Virus record (IMG/VR): IMGVR_UViG_3300037086_000474
Span: 1-64,000 of that record
Reading direction: 5' to 3' (one strand)
Source of the DNA: a virus
Length of the DNA stretch: 64,000 nt
A program made the position numbers and the translations under genes. Below the pieces are notes generated by a model. That model was not told where the DNA came from, did not search any database, and saw only the letters and a program-made list of their open reading frames with translations. The number at the start of each line of letters is the position of its first letter. The stretch's first letter is position 1. Positions 26,229 to 35,759 of this stretch are shown one piece after another.

Positions 26229-27353
26229 ATGGCTGATCTAACTAGTCAAGAGAAAACCAACCTCGCACTCAAAATGGTTTTTGGCATCCAAGGCCTATCA
26301 AATACAGAAGACAGCACGGGTCTAAAATGGTATGAAGAGAAAAACTCTTGGAGACCATTTCTAGTCAATCAAGATCTGTGGGCGAATACTGTTCCATCAG
26401 CCGCTGATTCTACGGCTGCTGACGACAATGTCACCGCACACCCAGGAACTCTTGAAAAGAGGGACATCAAGTTGTCTCTTGTGAATGGAACAAATTACAG
26501 AGCTTGGTCAGCCTATATTACTCTCGATACTCCGTCCTCGGGGATGTATGATAACTGGCTTCTCCCACAAATCTTTGGACAAGGATATGCAATGAGATTG
26601 TTCCAGGACAATGGTTCTGGAACTGGAGTTGGAACAGAAATTCCAACAACTCAAGGTGCTTGGATTCCGTCTTACAAATTAGGGTTTATAGTGTTGGGAG
26701 CTGCTAATACCGCATCTGCAATGAGTTGGACTACACCCCTATGGGCTAGAGTTTATAGATATATTGGACCAAAAGGAATCAGCGGATCAACAGCCAACGT
26801 CTCTCTACAAGATGCATATGATAATGATACAACTATTACGATTGATAGTAGTGGACCGGTGATTCTTGACTCATCTACTACTACAAATGCTCCATTTGAA
26901 ATCGTATCAACAACCGCTGCTCCAACTACAAATCTTGCTACTGGTCAAATGGCGGTTGTAAATGGTGAATTCTATATGTATGACTCAATTAGAGGAAAAT
27001 GGCTGTCTGTAGACAAGAGAGATGTTTCTTTTCAGGTTAGATATGGAGATGGAATTTATTTGGCCACCGGTGTTCAGACTGATCATGCTACGGGATGGAC
27101 AGCTCTTAATAACGGAACGATTATTGGAATAACTGCGGTAGGCGGATATGGAAATCAAACAAAGAGCTTCTCTGTCAGGAAAAATGGTGTTGATACCGAT
27201 CTTCTTTCTTTCTCTTTGACTACGGGCAAATACTCCAGTGCTTCTACCAATCTTGATTTTTCAGCTGGAGACGTTATTCAAGTTTATTGTACAGCAACCG
27301 GTGGCCCTATTTTCTCTCCTAGAGTTTCACTCAATGTAGCTTGGAGGGCATAA
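26229..27353 (+). CDS. virion protein with shared C-terminal YDxxRxxWL domain
   Basis: YDSIRGKWLS...GTIIGITA...SVRKNG...DFSAGDVIQ. Confidence 0.7.
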   Translation: MADLTSQEKTNLALKMVFGIQGLSNTEDSTGLKWYEEKNSWRPFLVNQDLWANTVPSAADSTAADDNVTAHPGTLEKRDIKLSLVNGTNYRAWSAYITLDTPSSGMYDNWLLPQIFGQGYAMRLFQDNGSGTGVGTEIPTTQGAWIPSYKLGFIVLGAANTASAMSWTTPLWARVYRYIGPKGISGSTANVSLQDAYDNDTTITIDSSGPVILDSSTTTNAPFEIVSTTAAPTTNLATGQMAVVNGEFYMYDSIRGKWLSVDKRDVSFQVRYGDGIYLATGVQTDHATGWTALNNGTIIGITAVGGYGNQTKSFSVRKNGVDTDLLSFSLTTGKYSSASTNLDFSAGDVIQVYCTATGGPIFSPRVSLNVAWRA

Positions 27354-27541
27354 TGAATTTGCAAGAAATGCTTGATGAATTGATACTTGAGCTAATTGAT
27401 AGTGGAAACCCTAATAAAAAGAAAGATTTGATGCCTAAAGAGGCTGATGCTGAGGTTCTCAAAGCCATTAAAAAAGCGATGGACGTTCATAATATGAGTT
27501 TCGATGAATATTTTGAGTATATGAAGGAGCGGATAGGATAA
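27353..27541 (+). CDS. small charged protein
   Basis: N-term MNLQEMLDE. Confidence 0.55.
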   Translation: MNLQEMLDELILELIDSGNPNKKKDLMPKEADAEVLKAIKKAMDVHNMSFDEYFEYMKERIG

Positions 27542-27825
27542 TGAAACTACAAGAAATGGCCAAAGAATTAGACGAGTATGTGAGCATTACCGACAAAGAT
27601 GGAAACTTGGATCTTGGGTATCTTGAGCTTAGACTCATTACTCTTTCTTCAAAAGAAGAAGCTCAAAGACTTGCTAAGAGAGTTTTTGACAGACTTCATC
27701 CAGCAGATTTAAAAAAGGCTGAAAAGCTTGCAAAGAGCCTTGGAAGCCATTATGCAAACATGTTTTTTCTAGACGCGTTGAAAAAGCATCAAATGACAAG
27801 TTTAGAAACAGTTAGAGCAAAATAG
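27541..27825 (+). CDS. small charged protein
   Basis: N-term MKLQEMAKELDE. Confidence 0.6.
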   Translation: MKLQEMAKELDEYVSITDKDGNLDLGYLELRLITLSSKEEAQRLAKRVFDRLHPADLKKAEKLAKSLGSHYANMFFLDALKKHQMTSLETVRAK

Positions 27826-27837
27826 GAGTTTAGATAA

Positions 27838-30800
27838 ATGGCGACTACTTATTATCTTAAAAATACTTCAGGTAGCACTGTCACTGTTGCAGACATTGGT
27901 GTGCAGTTGCCAAACAATCAATCGATACAGATTGACCACAATGCAATCAATGGTTGGTTAACCAACCAACTGGCAAGTGCGCTAAATGCTGGAACTCTTG
28001 TTTTATCAATCACAGATATTGGAGATGTTGGTGGTGATTTTACTGGTGCAGAAGCAATTAGGGCTCTAACTATCACCTCCTATCATGATACAGACAACCC
28101 ACACGAAACAACCATTTCTCAAACAATTACGGCTGATACTAGCGCTCCTCCTATTACCCTTCAGCTTTTAAAAGACTTGACAGATGCGGCACGTGATGTT
28201 GATGTATCAGATCCTATCGCCTATCCTGCTGGAGGGTTACACAATCACAATAGTCTATATTGGACCAAAATACAACTTGGAACTGATAATCACGCCACTG
28301 TTCATATTGATTGGGCGAATATAACAAATGCTCCTTCATTTGGATCTCCAAACTGGGAACCTCCGGTTCAAGTAATTATTAACAATCAGGGACCAACAGC
28401 CCCCTCAAATCCAACAACAAATGAATTTTGGTTGAATACCACTAGCAATCATATAGAACAGTGGAATGGAACAACTTGGGTTGATGAGGGAGCTCCAACT
28501 AATGGTGAGAGAATTATTGACGGACCTGGCGGCGGTGGAGATATTCTAATATATAACACTACGAATAATAGTTGGAATCCAGTTGCTCCAGAGGTCACCT
28601 TAGGTGAAAGGGGAAACACCCCCCCATCAAATCCTACTATCAATGAAAATTATCTAGATACTCAAAACAACCACATTTATCAATGGAACGGAACTACTTG
28701 GGTTGATCAAGGAACACCAACTAATGGTGAGAAAATTATCGACGATGCTATACAGCCAGCCCAAGTTCTTATCTACAATTCAACAACTAACACTTGGGAT
28801 CAAGCTGGTCCTCAGATTGATATAGGAGAAAGAGGAAATAATCCTCCATCAACTCCAACAAATGGTGAAGAATATGTGGATACAGACAATGGACATGTCT
28901 ATATCTACAATGGTACAACTTGGGTAGATCAAGGTGCTCCAACAAACGGCGACACGATCATCGACAATACTTCGCAACCAGCACAGGTGTTGATCTATAA
29001 TTCAACTACTCATCTTTGGGAACCAGGTGGTCCAGCGGTAGTGGTTGAATCAAAGAGTCCAACGCCTCCTTCAAATCCAACGATCAATGAACAATACCTC
29101 AACACAACTGACAATCATATTTACCAGTGGGATGGAACAAATTGGATTGATCAGGGTGCTCCAACAAACGGCGAGACAATCGTCGATGGCACCACAAATC
29201 CAAATACAATTCTCACCTACAATTCATCCACTGATACTTGGATCACATCGACCCCAACAGACGGCATAGTAAATGAAAAGGGCGACAATCCTCCATCAAC
29301 TCCAACTCTTGGTGAAACCTATCTCAATAATACCAACAATCATATTTATCAGTGGAATGGAACAACTTGGGTAGATCAAGGTGGTCCAACCAATGGTGAA
29401 TCAATTGTTGATAGCAGTAATCGTCCAAATACAATTCTCACCTACAACTCAACCACAAATACTTGGATTACCACTACGCCGGATTCTACTATTGAAATTC
29501 AAGGAGGCAATCCTCCTGCAAGTCCAGTTATCAATGAGACTTATCTCGATAATTCAAACAACCATATTTACAAGTGGGATGGAACAAATTGGATTGATCA
29601 GGGCGCTCCAACAAACAATGAAACAATTGTTGATGGAAGTGGAAAACCAGAGGCTGTTCTAGTATATAATCTGATTCAAAACACCTGGAATCCTATTGTT
29701 CCTGAGATCACAATTGCCGATAAGTCGCCCACTCCTCCTTTAAATCCAACTCCAAACGAGTATTATCTCAACACAACTAATAATCATCTCTATGAATGGA
29801 ACGGAACTAATTGGGTTGATCAGGGTCCTCCAACAAACAATGAAACAATAATTGATGGTTCTGGTACTCAAGGAACTGGAAATATAGAGACCTATAACTC
29901 AACCACTAATACTTGGGTTCTTACAAATCCAACCCCAGATACAGCAGTTATTGTAAATAATGACGGCGACGGACAACCAGCAGAATATATCTTCAATTCT
30001 GTCAGCAATTCTTGGGTTAAACTAGCTGATATCAATTGGGGTGAGCACAATGCTCTTGGTGGAAGAAGTGCCGAAGATTCTCACCCAGCCACAGCAATTT
30101 CCTACGACAATTCAGTAAGCCACATCAACGCAACCAATGTCCAAGTGGCAATAGATCAGATGGTTGCTTCTGTTGGAGTGTTGGTAAGCAATTATGTTGT
30201 TGTCGCTAAAGATGGTTCAGACGCTTCAATTGCTGGAGAAGTTCGCGGAGGGTTTGAGACTCCATTCTTGACCGTTCAAGCAGCAATTACTGCAATCCCA
30301 ACTATTGGAATTGGAGCTGCTTCTTCTGGAAATAGATACGCTGTTTGGATGGCTCCTGGAGATTATAATGAGAATGTGGTTCTTAACAAGGCTTGGGTGT
30401 ATATAGTGGCGGACCAAAATGGAGGAACAGAGTTACTAAGTTCAACGGGAAACACTCTAACACTATCTTCAACAGTTGATAGTTCAACTGGTGTCTATGG
30501 TTTGAAAGTCATTTCAAATTCTAGCAATACGACAGATAACGCAATTTTTGTTACTGGAAGTAATCCTATAATTATTTCTACCGATGCTCTCGCTCCTTCG
30601 GGAGCGCGCGCTATTTATTTCGATGGGGCCCATAATCAATTTGTCAGAGGATCTACTTTTGTTGGACCGGTGAGAATCGATGCTGGAACAATTCAATTCT
30701 TGGAGAGCAGAGTCGACGGTCTAACAAACGTCACAAATGGCAATCTCAGAGTAATTGATGGTTATTTCAACAATAATGGTGGTGATGCAATTGCTCAAAC

Positions 30801-33264
30801 TGGTGGAACCGTTACGCTTGTTTCAGCTAAATTGATTTCCGGTTCTGGTTCAATAGACTATAATCAAACAGCTGGAACTGTGTATTGGGGATGGGTAGAG
30901 TATGATCATTCTTCTGGAAAAACAGTGTTTAGCGGAACAAAAACACTTCTGTTCCCAGCAGGAGACTTATATTTTGACAACACTGTTTATGGTGGGAGTG
31001 CTACAACAGTTCAACAAGCAATAAACAATCTCTTTCAACAAACCAGTTCAATGATTACTCCATATATTGTTGGAAAAGACGCTACTGATCCATATGCTCT
31101 CATTCACACAGCAATTGCTCAGGCAGTTGCTGATGGACACGGAATTGCAAATCCAGCCATAATTCTTGTAAAACCAGGAACATATACTGAAGATGTCGTT
31201 GAGTATCCTGGAATTAATGTTATATCATTGATGAATGATAAGGCATATCAAACAAAAGTAAATGGAACATTGACTTATAGTTGCACGACTGGAACGCTTG
31301 GAAACAATTTAGCTTCTTGGTTGGGAGTTGATGTTTCAAGTGGATCTCCAACCGTCGCATCACTAGTTTTTAGTGGAACCGCTCCTCAGAGATTAAATGT
31401 TTCAAATTGTGAAATTAATTCTGGCAGTGCAAATCCTGCACTTGAGATGAATAATTCAGGAACTGGATCGGTGTTGGTCAATAGCAATGTAAATTATAAT
31501 AACATATCAACAGGATTTGCAGCGAAGATTGATGCTGGAACATTCTCTCTATTTAAGACTCAAACGGTTGCCATGGGGAATGCTACCGCAGTTCAATTCA
31601 ACAATGCTGCTCAGCTTCAGGGAATGTTGAACTACTCTCAAGGAAATTTGGATTTCAATGGAACTTCTGGTGGTTTATTTGGACAACTTACAGTTGCAAA
31701 TGGAACGAATCCCGCAATTGATTTCAGTTGTGCCGCAAGCCAATTATTTCTTATGGATCCTATTCAAACTGGAAATGGTGCAATAAAGGGTGGAACTCAT
31801 CCAGAAAATGTATTTATTCATCCAAACGCAACCGATATTTACTACAACAACACAACATCAGGACTTTCCTCAGTTACGGTTCAAAATGCAATTGATGAAA
31901 TTGCAACTGAATTTGGAGTTGGACTTGACAATATCGTGTGGGTTGCTAAAAATGGAAATGATTCAGCAGTTGGAGTGTTGATTGGAACAATTTCAAATCC
32001 TTTCTTGACGGTTCAGGCCGCAATCACTTCTATTGTTGACGCAGCTTCTACGAAAGTTTATATCGTTATGGTAATGCCAGGTAGATATTTAGAAAATCTG
32101 ACATTTAAACCCTGGGTTAACGTTTGTGGTATTTCGAAAGAAGCCACGGTCATTGCTACTGGTTCTGGAACTCACTCAGGAACTTTCTCTTCTGGTGGAA
32201 GAATAGCTCTTAAAGACATTTCGTTCGGTGGTGCAACTCAATTAATGACCTTCACCCATCCTGCAAGTTCTCCGGGTGGTACTTCTATTACTATCGACAA
32301 TGCAAATATTGGCACACCATTATTCAACATGCTTGGAGGTGGGGTAGACTACGTTCAATTCAGAAATGATTTCTATTGTGCTGCAACGACAACCGTTCAT
32401 TCAGCAAATTTGACGGCATTTAACGGCATATTCTTGGGTGGACTGCGACAAGATGATACTGGCTGTGAACACGTTGATGGCTACGGTTCAGCAAGCACAA
32501 ATACAATAAAAGACTGCATGGGCGACACTCTAAATTGCGTTGGAAATGTGTGGGTTGAATTCTACAACAATTACAGTTGGTCAACACTAACTTCTAATGG
32601 AGCAACTTGTACGGTGAGTTATGATGCTCAATCAGCTCCAGATACTCCTGCAGGACTTATAAGTCTAAACGGTGGATTATTTCAGAGAACAGATAATGCA
32701 TTCGCAATTGGTTTCGATAAAACAATCAAAAACAAACTAGTTGCTGAAGAAGTTCAGGCTGCAATTGATGAACTCACAGATAAGATTGTGGCTTTTGATA
32801 TTCCTCAAGGAACTTCTTTCCCAGTATCTCCGGCACCAGCAGCTGGTGATCTATTTTATAGAACCGATTTAAATTTGACATTCCAGTATGATTCATCGAG
32901 AAGCAAATGGCTATCAATCACACAAATGTTCTTAGACTGGGGAAGCAACAGTGCTGATGGAAAATATTTGAACATCCATGGAGCTGCTGCAACTCAGACT
33001 GGTTACTTGATGCCTAGAAATGGAACGATCATAGCAGTCACTGCGAAGTGTGCTTCTGGAAATCAAAGCAAGGCATTTGAGATTAGAAAAAACAATGTCG
33101 GAGCCACCCCGCTTAAGTCTTTTTCTTTAAGCAGTGGAAGTTACAGCTCAATAAATGACAACATTGATTTCAGTACTACAGATTACATTCAAGCGTTCGC
33201 TGTATCTGGTGGAGAACCAGCTAGAGATGCCGTAGTGATGATTATTATAGGTTGGCGAGGTTAG
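27838..33264 (+). CDS. large tail fibre/spike-like protein: shared N module, 7 WNGTxW repeats, 3 beta-helix-like units, shared C module
   Basis: 7 repeats of PxxPTxNExYLxTxxNHIYQWNGTxWVDQGAPTNGE; 3 units of V(A/G)KxG...PFLTVQAAI...PGxYxE; YDSSRSKWLS. Confidence 0.75.
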   Translation: MATTYYLKNTSGSTVTVADIGVQLPNNQSIQIDHNAINGWLTNQLASALNAGTLVLSITDIGDVGGDFTGAEAIRALTITSYHDTDNPHETTISQTITADTSAPPITLQLLKDLTDAARDVDVSDPIAYPAGGLHNHNSLYWTKIQLGTDNHATVHIDWANITNAPSFGSPNWEPPVQVIINNQGPTAPSNPTTNEFWLNTTSNHIEQWNGTTWVDEGAPTNGERIIDGPGGGGDILIYNTTNNSWNPVAPEVTLGERGNTPPSNPTINENYLDTQNNHIYQWNGTTWVDQGTPTNGEKIIDDAIQPAQVLIYNSTTNTWDQAGPQIDIGERGNNPPSTPTNGEEYVDTDNGHVYIYNGTTWVDQGAPTNGDTIIDNTSQPAQVLIYNSTTHLWEPGGPAVVVESKSPTPPSNPTINEQYLNTTDNHIYQWDGTNWIDQGAPTNGETIVDGTTNPNTILTYNSSTDTWITSTPTDGIVNEKGDNPPSTPTLGETYLNNTNNHIYQWNGTTWVDQGGPTNGESIVDSSNRPNTILTYNSTTNTWITTTPDSTIEIQGGNPPASPVINETYLDNSNNHIYKWDGTNWIDQGAPTNNETIVDGSGKPEAVLVYNLIQNTWNPIVPEITIADKSPTPPLNPTPNEYYLNTTNNHLYEWNGTNWVDQGPPTNNETIIDGSGTQGTGNIETYNSTTNTWVLTNPTPDTAVIVNNDGDGQPAEYIFNSVSNSWVKLADINWGEHNALGGRSAEDSHPATAISYDNSVSHINATNVQVAIDQMVASVGVLVSNYVVVAKDGSDASIAGEVRGGFETPFLTVQAAITAIPTIGIGAASSGNRYAVWMAPGDYNENVVLNKAWVYIVADQNGGTELLSSTGNTLTLSSTVDSSTGVYGLKVISNSSNTTDNAIFVTGSNPIIISTDALAPSGARAIYFDGAHNQFVRGSTFVGPVRIDAGTIQFLESRVDGLTNVTNGNLRVIDGYFNNNGGDAIAQTGGTVTLVSAKLISGSGSIDYNQTAGTVYWGWVEYDHSSGKTVFSGTKTLLFPAGDLYFDNTVYGGSATTVQQAINNLFQQTSSMITPYIVGKDATDPYALIHTAIAQAVADGHGIANPAIILVKPGTYTEDVVEYPGINVISLMNDKAYQTKVNGTLTYSCTTGTLGNNLASWLGVDVSSGSPTVASLVFSGTAPQRLNVSNCEINSGSANPALEMNNSGTGSVLVNSNVNYNNISTGFAAKIDAGTFSLFKTQTVAMGNATAVQFNNAAQLQGMLNYSQGNLDFNGTSGGLFGQLTVANGTNPAIDFSCAASQLFLMDPIQTGNGAIKGGTHPENVFIHPNATDIYYNNTTSGLSSVTVQNAIDEIATEFGVGLDNIVWVAKNGNDSAVGVLIGTISNPFLTVQAAITSIVDAASTKVYIVMVMPGRYLENLTFKPWVNVCGISKEATVIATGSGTHSGTFSSGGRIALKDISFGGATQLMTFTHPASSPGGTSITIDNANIGTPLFNMLGGGVDYVQFRNDFYCAATTTVHSANLTAFNGIFLGGLRQDDTGCEHVDGYGSASTNTIKDCMGDTLNCVGNVWVEFYNNYSWSTLTSNGATCTVSYDAQSAPDTPAGLISLNGGLFQRTDNAFAIGFDKTIKNKLVAEEVQAAIDELTDKIVAFDIPQGTSFPVSPAPAAGDLFYRTDLNLTFQYDSSRSKWLSITQMFLDWGSNSADGKYLNIHGAAATQTGYLMPRNGTIIAVTAKCASGNQSKAFEIRKNNVGATPLKSFSLSSGSYSSINDNIDFSTTDYIQAFAVSGGEPARDAVVMIIIGWRG

Positions 33265-33317
33265 AAATTTTCAATTTTCATAACAATTGTGTTTCCTATC
33301 TACAGTTTTCACCCCAA

Positions 33318-33365
33318 GCCCCTCTCTTGAGGGGCTCTTCATCTCTATTTCTGCGATAAGATAAT
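33318..33365 (+). repeat. terminator + AAGATAA unit, copy 1 of a direct repeat flanking the HNH gene
   Basis: GCCCCTCTCTTGAGGGGCT...ATCTCTA...GATAAGATAAT. Confidence 0.7.
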
Positions 33366-33399
33366 AGTTCTTAGCCTAAATCTTGGGAGGTAACCTAAG

Positions 33400-33618
33400 A
33401 TGGACAAAAAGATTCGAGATTTATACAAACATAAACGATGGATCGAGATGCGAGATAAAGAGATTGCACATCACCCTATCTGCGCTCTCTGTGGGTCAAA
33501 AGCTACGTTGACAGCTGATCATATTAATCCTCCTGCAAATGAGGATGCGTTTTGGTCTTCACCAATTCAAACAATTTGTCGAAAATGCCATTCAAAGAAA
33601 CTGCAAAGCAGACGATAA
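33400..33618 (+). CDS. small HNH endonuclease (HK97 gp74-like architecture)
   Basis: LYKHKRW..MR...HPICALC...ADHINP...QTICRKCHSKK. Confidence 0.85.
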   Translation: MDKKIRDLYKHKRWIEMRDKEIAHHPICALCGSKATLTADHINPPANEDAFWSSPIQTICRKCHSKKLQSRR

Positions 33619-33640
33619 CCCCTCATTTTCTCTATTATGG

Positions 33641-33689
33641 GCCCCTTTCTTGAGGGGCTTCTCTATCTCTACCTCAAGGATAAGATAAT
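33641..33689 (+). repeat. terminator + AAGATAA unit, copy 2
   Basis: GCCCCTTTCTTGAGGGGCT...ATCTCTA...GATAAGATAAT. Confidence 0.7.
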
Positions 33690-33716
33690 CTTAACCTGAT
33701 TTTAGGAGAAATACCG

Positions 33717-35663
33717 ATGCCAACAGTGTCACCAGGCGAGCTTAAGGGTGGTACGCCCACTGGAACTTCAACAACAGAACAAAATAGAGATCCAACAATT
33801 GCTGTAGTAAATGGCCTCACTATTCAACCTCTGAAAAATTGGGAACCGGATGGAGTTAATGTAATAACTCTGAACAGCACGCAAAAGCTGCAGGCAATTC
33901 AATCTATATTGCAAGCCATGGTTGCCAACAGAAATGAAGCGTCTAATTTCAGTTCACTGCCAACATCTTTGATGGGCGCTACCATAGCTTGGTCCGATGA
34001 AAATCCTGGTAATACTGAGATTTCTTACACCATCACTCTAGATGGTATTAAGGTCACGCAAAATTCTAATTCTATGTTGGCTTCTCCAGTTGCTACAATT
34101 GGAACATTTGCAATGACGGATGCACAGGCCGTAGCTAGGGCCTCAGAAATTTTAGTAATTAGTCTTGGAAAAAATAAAGATCTACAACACCTCATCTCTA
34201 ATATTATTCTTCCAACTTCTGGATCATTTGGAACAACTATTAGTTGGAATTCTTCTGATACTGCTCATATTGCCAATAATGGTATTGTCAACCAACCACC
34301 GCTCGGTAGTACTGCGGCCTCTGTTACTCTAACGGCCACCATTACTAAAAATGCTGCCAGTACGAGTAAGATTTTTTCCATCATAGTTAGACAATCATTT
34401 ATTGTTGCAAGTGATGCTGATGATGTTGCAACTGATAAGGCTGTCTTATCAGTTGGTCTTGGATCTAATCCTGATTTTACTCACGTTACAACGAACCTTA
34501 CATTGGCATCGTCTGGCTCACATGGCACTTCAATTTCTTGGGGTTCTTCCAACACAGGAACCATTTCTAACTCAGGAGTTATTGTGAGGCCATCTGGATC
34601 TGATGCCAACTTGACATTGACTGCAACGATCATGAAAAATGCAGCTAGTGATACTAAGGTGTTTAATGTGACGGTTTTGCAAGTCCCTGTCACGGGCGTA
34701 TATGCTGCTGGGTACTATCACGGGGATAGTGTTGATGCTCCTGCCTACTGGGTGAATGATTCGGCAGGTAAAGTAAATCTCGGTTTCGTACTGCCAACAA
34801 ATAATCGTGCACTTGCGATAACGATGCATGAATCAACTCCATTATCTGCGGGATGGTACAATGATTCCTCTTACCAACAGGCTTGCTACTGGGTGAGTAC
34901 CACTCCAGTTGCACTAAGCTCTTCTAATGCCTTAGGCTCTCAAGCCAATGCCATTGCAGTTGATGGTTCTGATATATACATAGCAGGATCCTACAATCCA
35001 ACTGGCAGCAATTATGCTTGTTATTGGAAAAACGGAATTTTTACAGGTGACTATTCAGCTCCTGGAGACGGAGAACTTCTTGGAATAGCAGTGTCGGGAT
35101 CAGACGTAGTTGTTGGTGGATATTTCTTTGTTGATCCCGTGCACTATCCATTCATCTGGATAAATAGCACACCGTTGCAGTATATGGTTGATGATGGAAT
35201 CGTTAGTGGAGTCGCAATATCAGGATCTACTATGTACGCTTCAGGATACAAAGTAGTGAGTGGAGTTCGGCACCCTTGCTATTGGAGCGGACCGCTTAGT
35301 GCTACTGGCATTGGTGATCTGACACGAGTTGACTTGAGTGAAATTGGTACAAGCGGTGGAGAGGCGACAGGCGTGACAGCGTCTGGATCCGATGTGTACG
35401 TTTCGGGATACATCAACTCTGGTACGGGTTTTACGTTTGCGTGCTATTGGAAGAATGGCGTAAGAAAAACTGCTGATGGAACAGCAAGAGCAGATTCTAT
35501 AGCAGTTTCTGGATCGGACGTTTATATTTCGGGATGGAAAAATGATGGCACTACTCAGCTTGCATGCTATTGGAAAAATCCGACTGGTCCTGGCGCGCCG
35601 TCAGGATGCCGAAAAGATCTCAGCATCTATCCTTCTGAGGCTCACTCTATTATAGTTGGATAA
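33717..35663 (+). CDS. virion adhesin-like protein: shared N domain, 2 atrophied Ig-like repeats, ACYWKNG propeller-like repeats
   Basis: LxLxxSGxxGTxISWxSS...LTATIxK...KxF repeats; IAVSGSDVYxxG...ACYWKNG repeats. Confidence 0.7.
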   Translation: MPTVSPGELKGGTPTGTSTTEQNRDPTIAVVNGLTIQPLKNWEPDGVNVITLNSTQKLQAIQSILQAMVANRNEASNFSSLPTSLMGATIAWSDENPGNTEISYTITLDGIKVTQNSNSMLASPVATIGTFAMTDAQAVARASEILVISLGKNKDLQHLISNIILPTSGSFGTTISWNSSDTAHIANNGIVNQPPLGSTAASVTLTATITKNAASTSKIFSIIVRQSFIVASDADDVATDKAVLSVGLGSNPDFTHVTTNLTLASSGSHGTSISWGSSNTGTISNSGVIVRPSGSDANLTLTATIMKNAASDTKVFNVTVLQVPVTGVYAAGYYHGDSVDAPAYWVNDSAGKVNLGFVLPTNNRALAITMHESTPLSAGWYNDSSYQQACYWVSTTPVALSSSNALGSQANAIAVDGSDIYIAGSYNPTGSNYACYWKNGIFTGDYSAPGDGELLGIAVSGSDVVVGGYFFVDPVHYPFIWINSTPLQYMVDDGIVSGVAISGSTMYASGYKVVSGVRHPCYWSGPLSATGIGDLTRVDLSEIGTSGGEATGVTASGSDVYVSGYINSGTGFTFACYWKNGVRKTADGTARADSIAVSGSDVYISGWKNDGTTQLACYWKNPTGPGAPSGCRKDLSIYPSEAHSIIVG

Positions 35664-35759
35664 AATATTAACTTAGTCTCTCGAAAGAGTAATTTTCCAT
35701 CTATTCAGTCAAATAATAAAGATAAATTAAACTCTCATATTTTTATAGGAGAAATAAAC

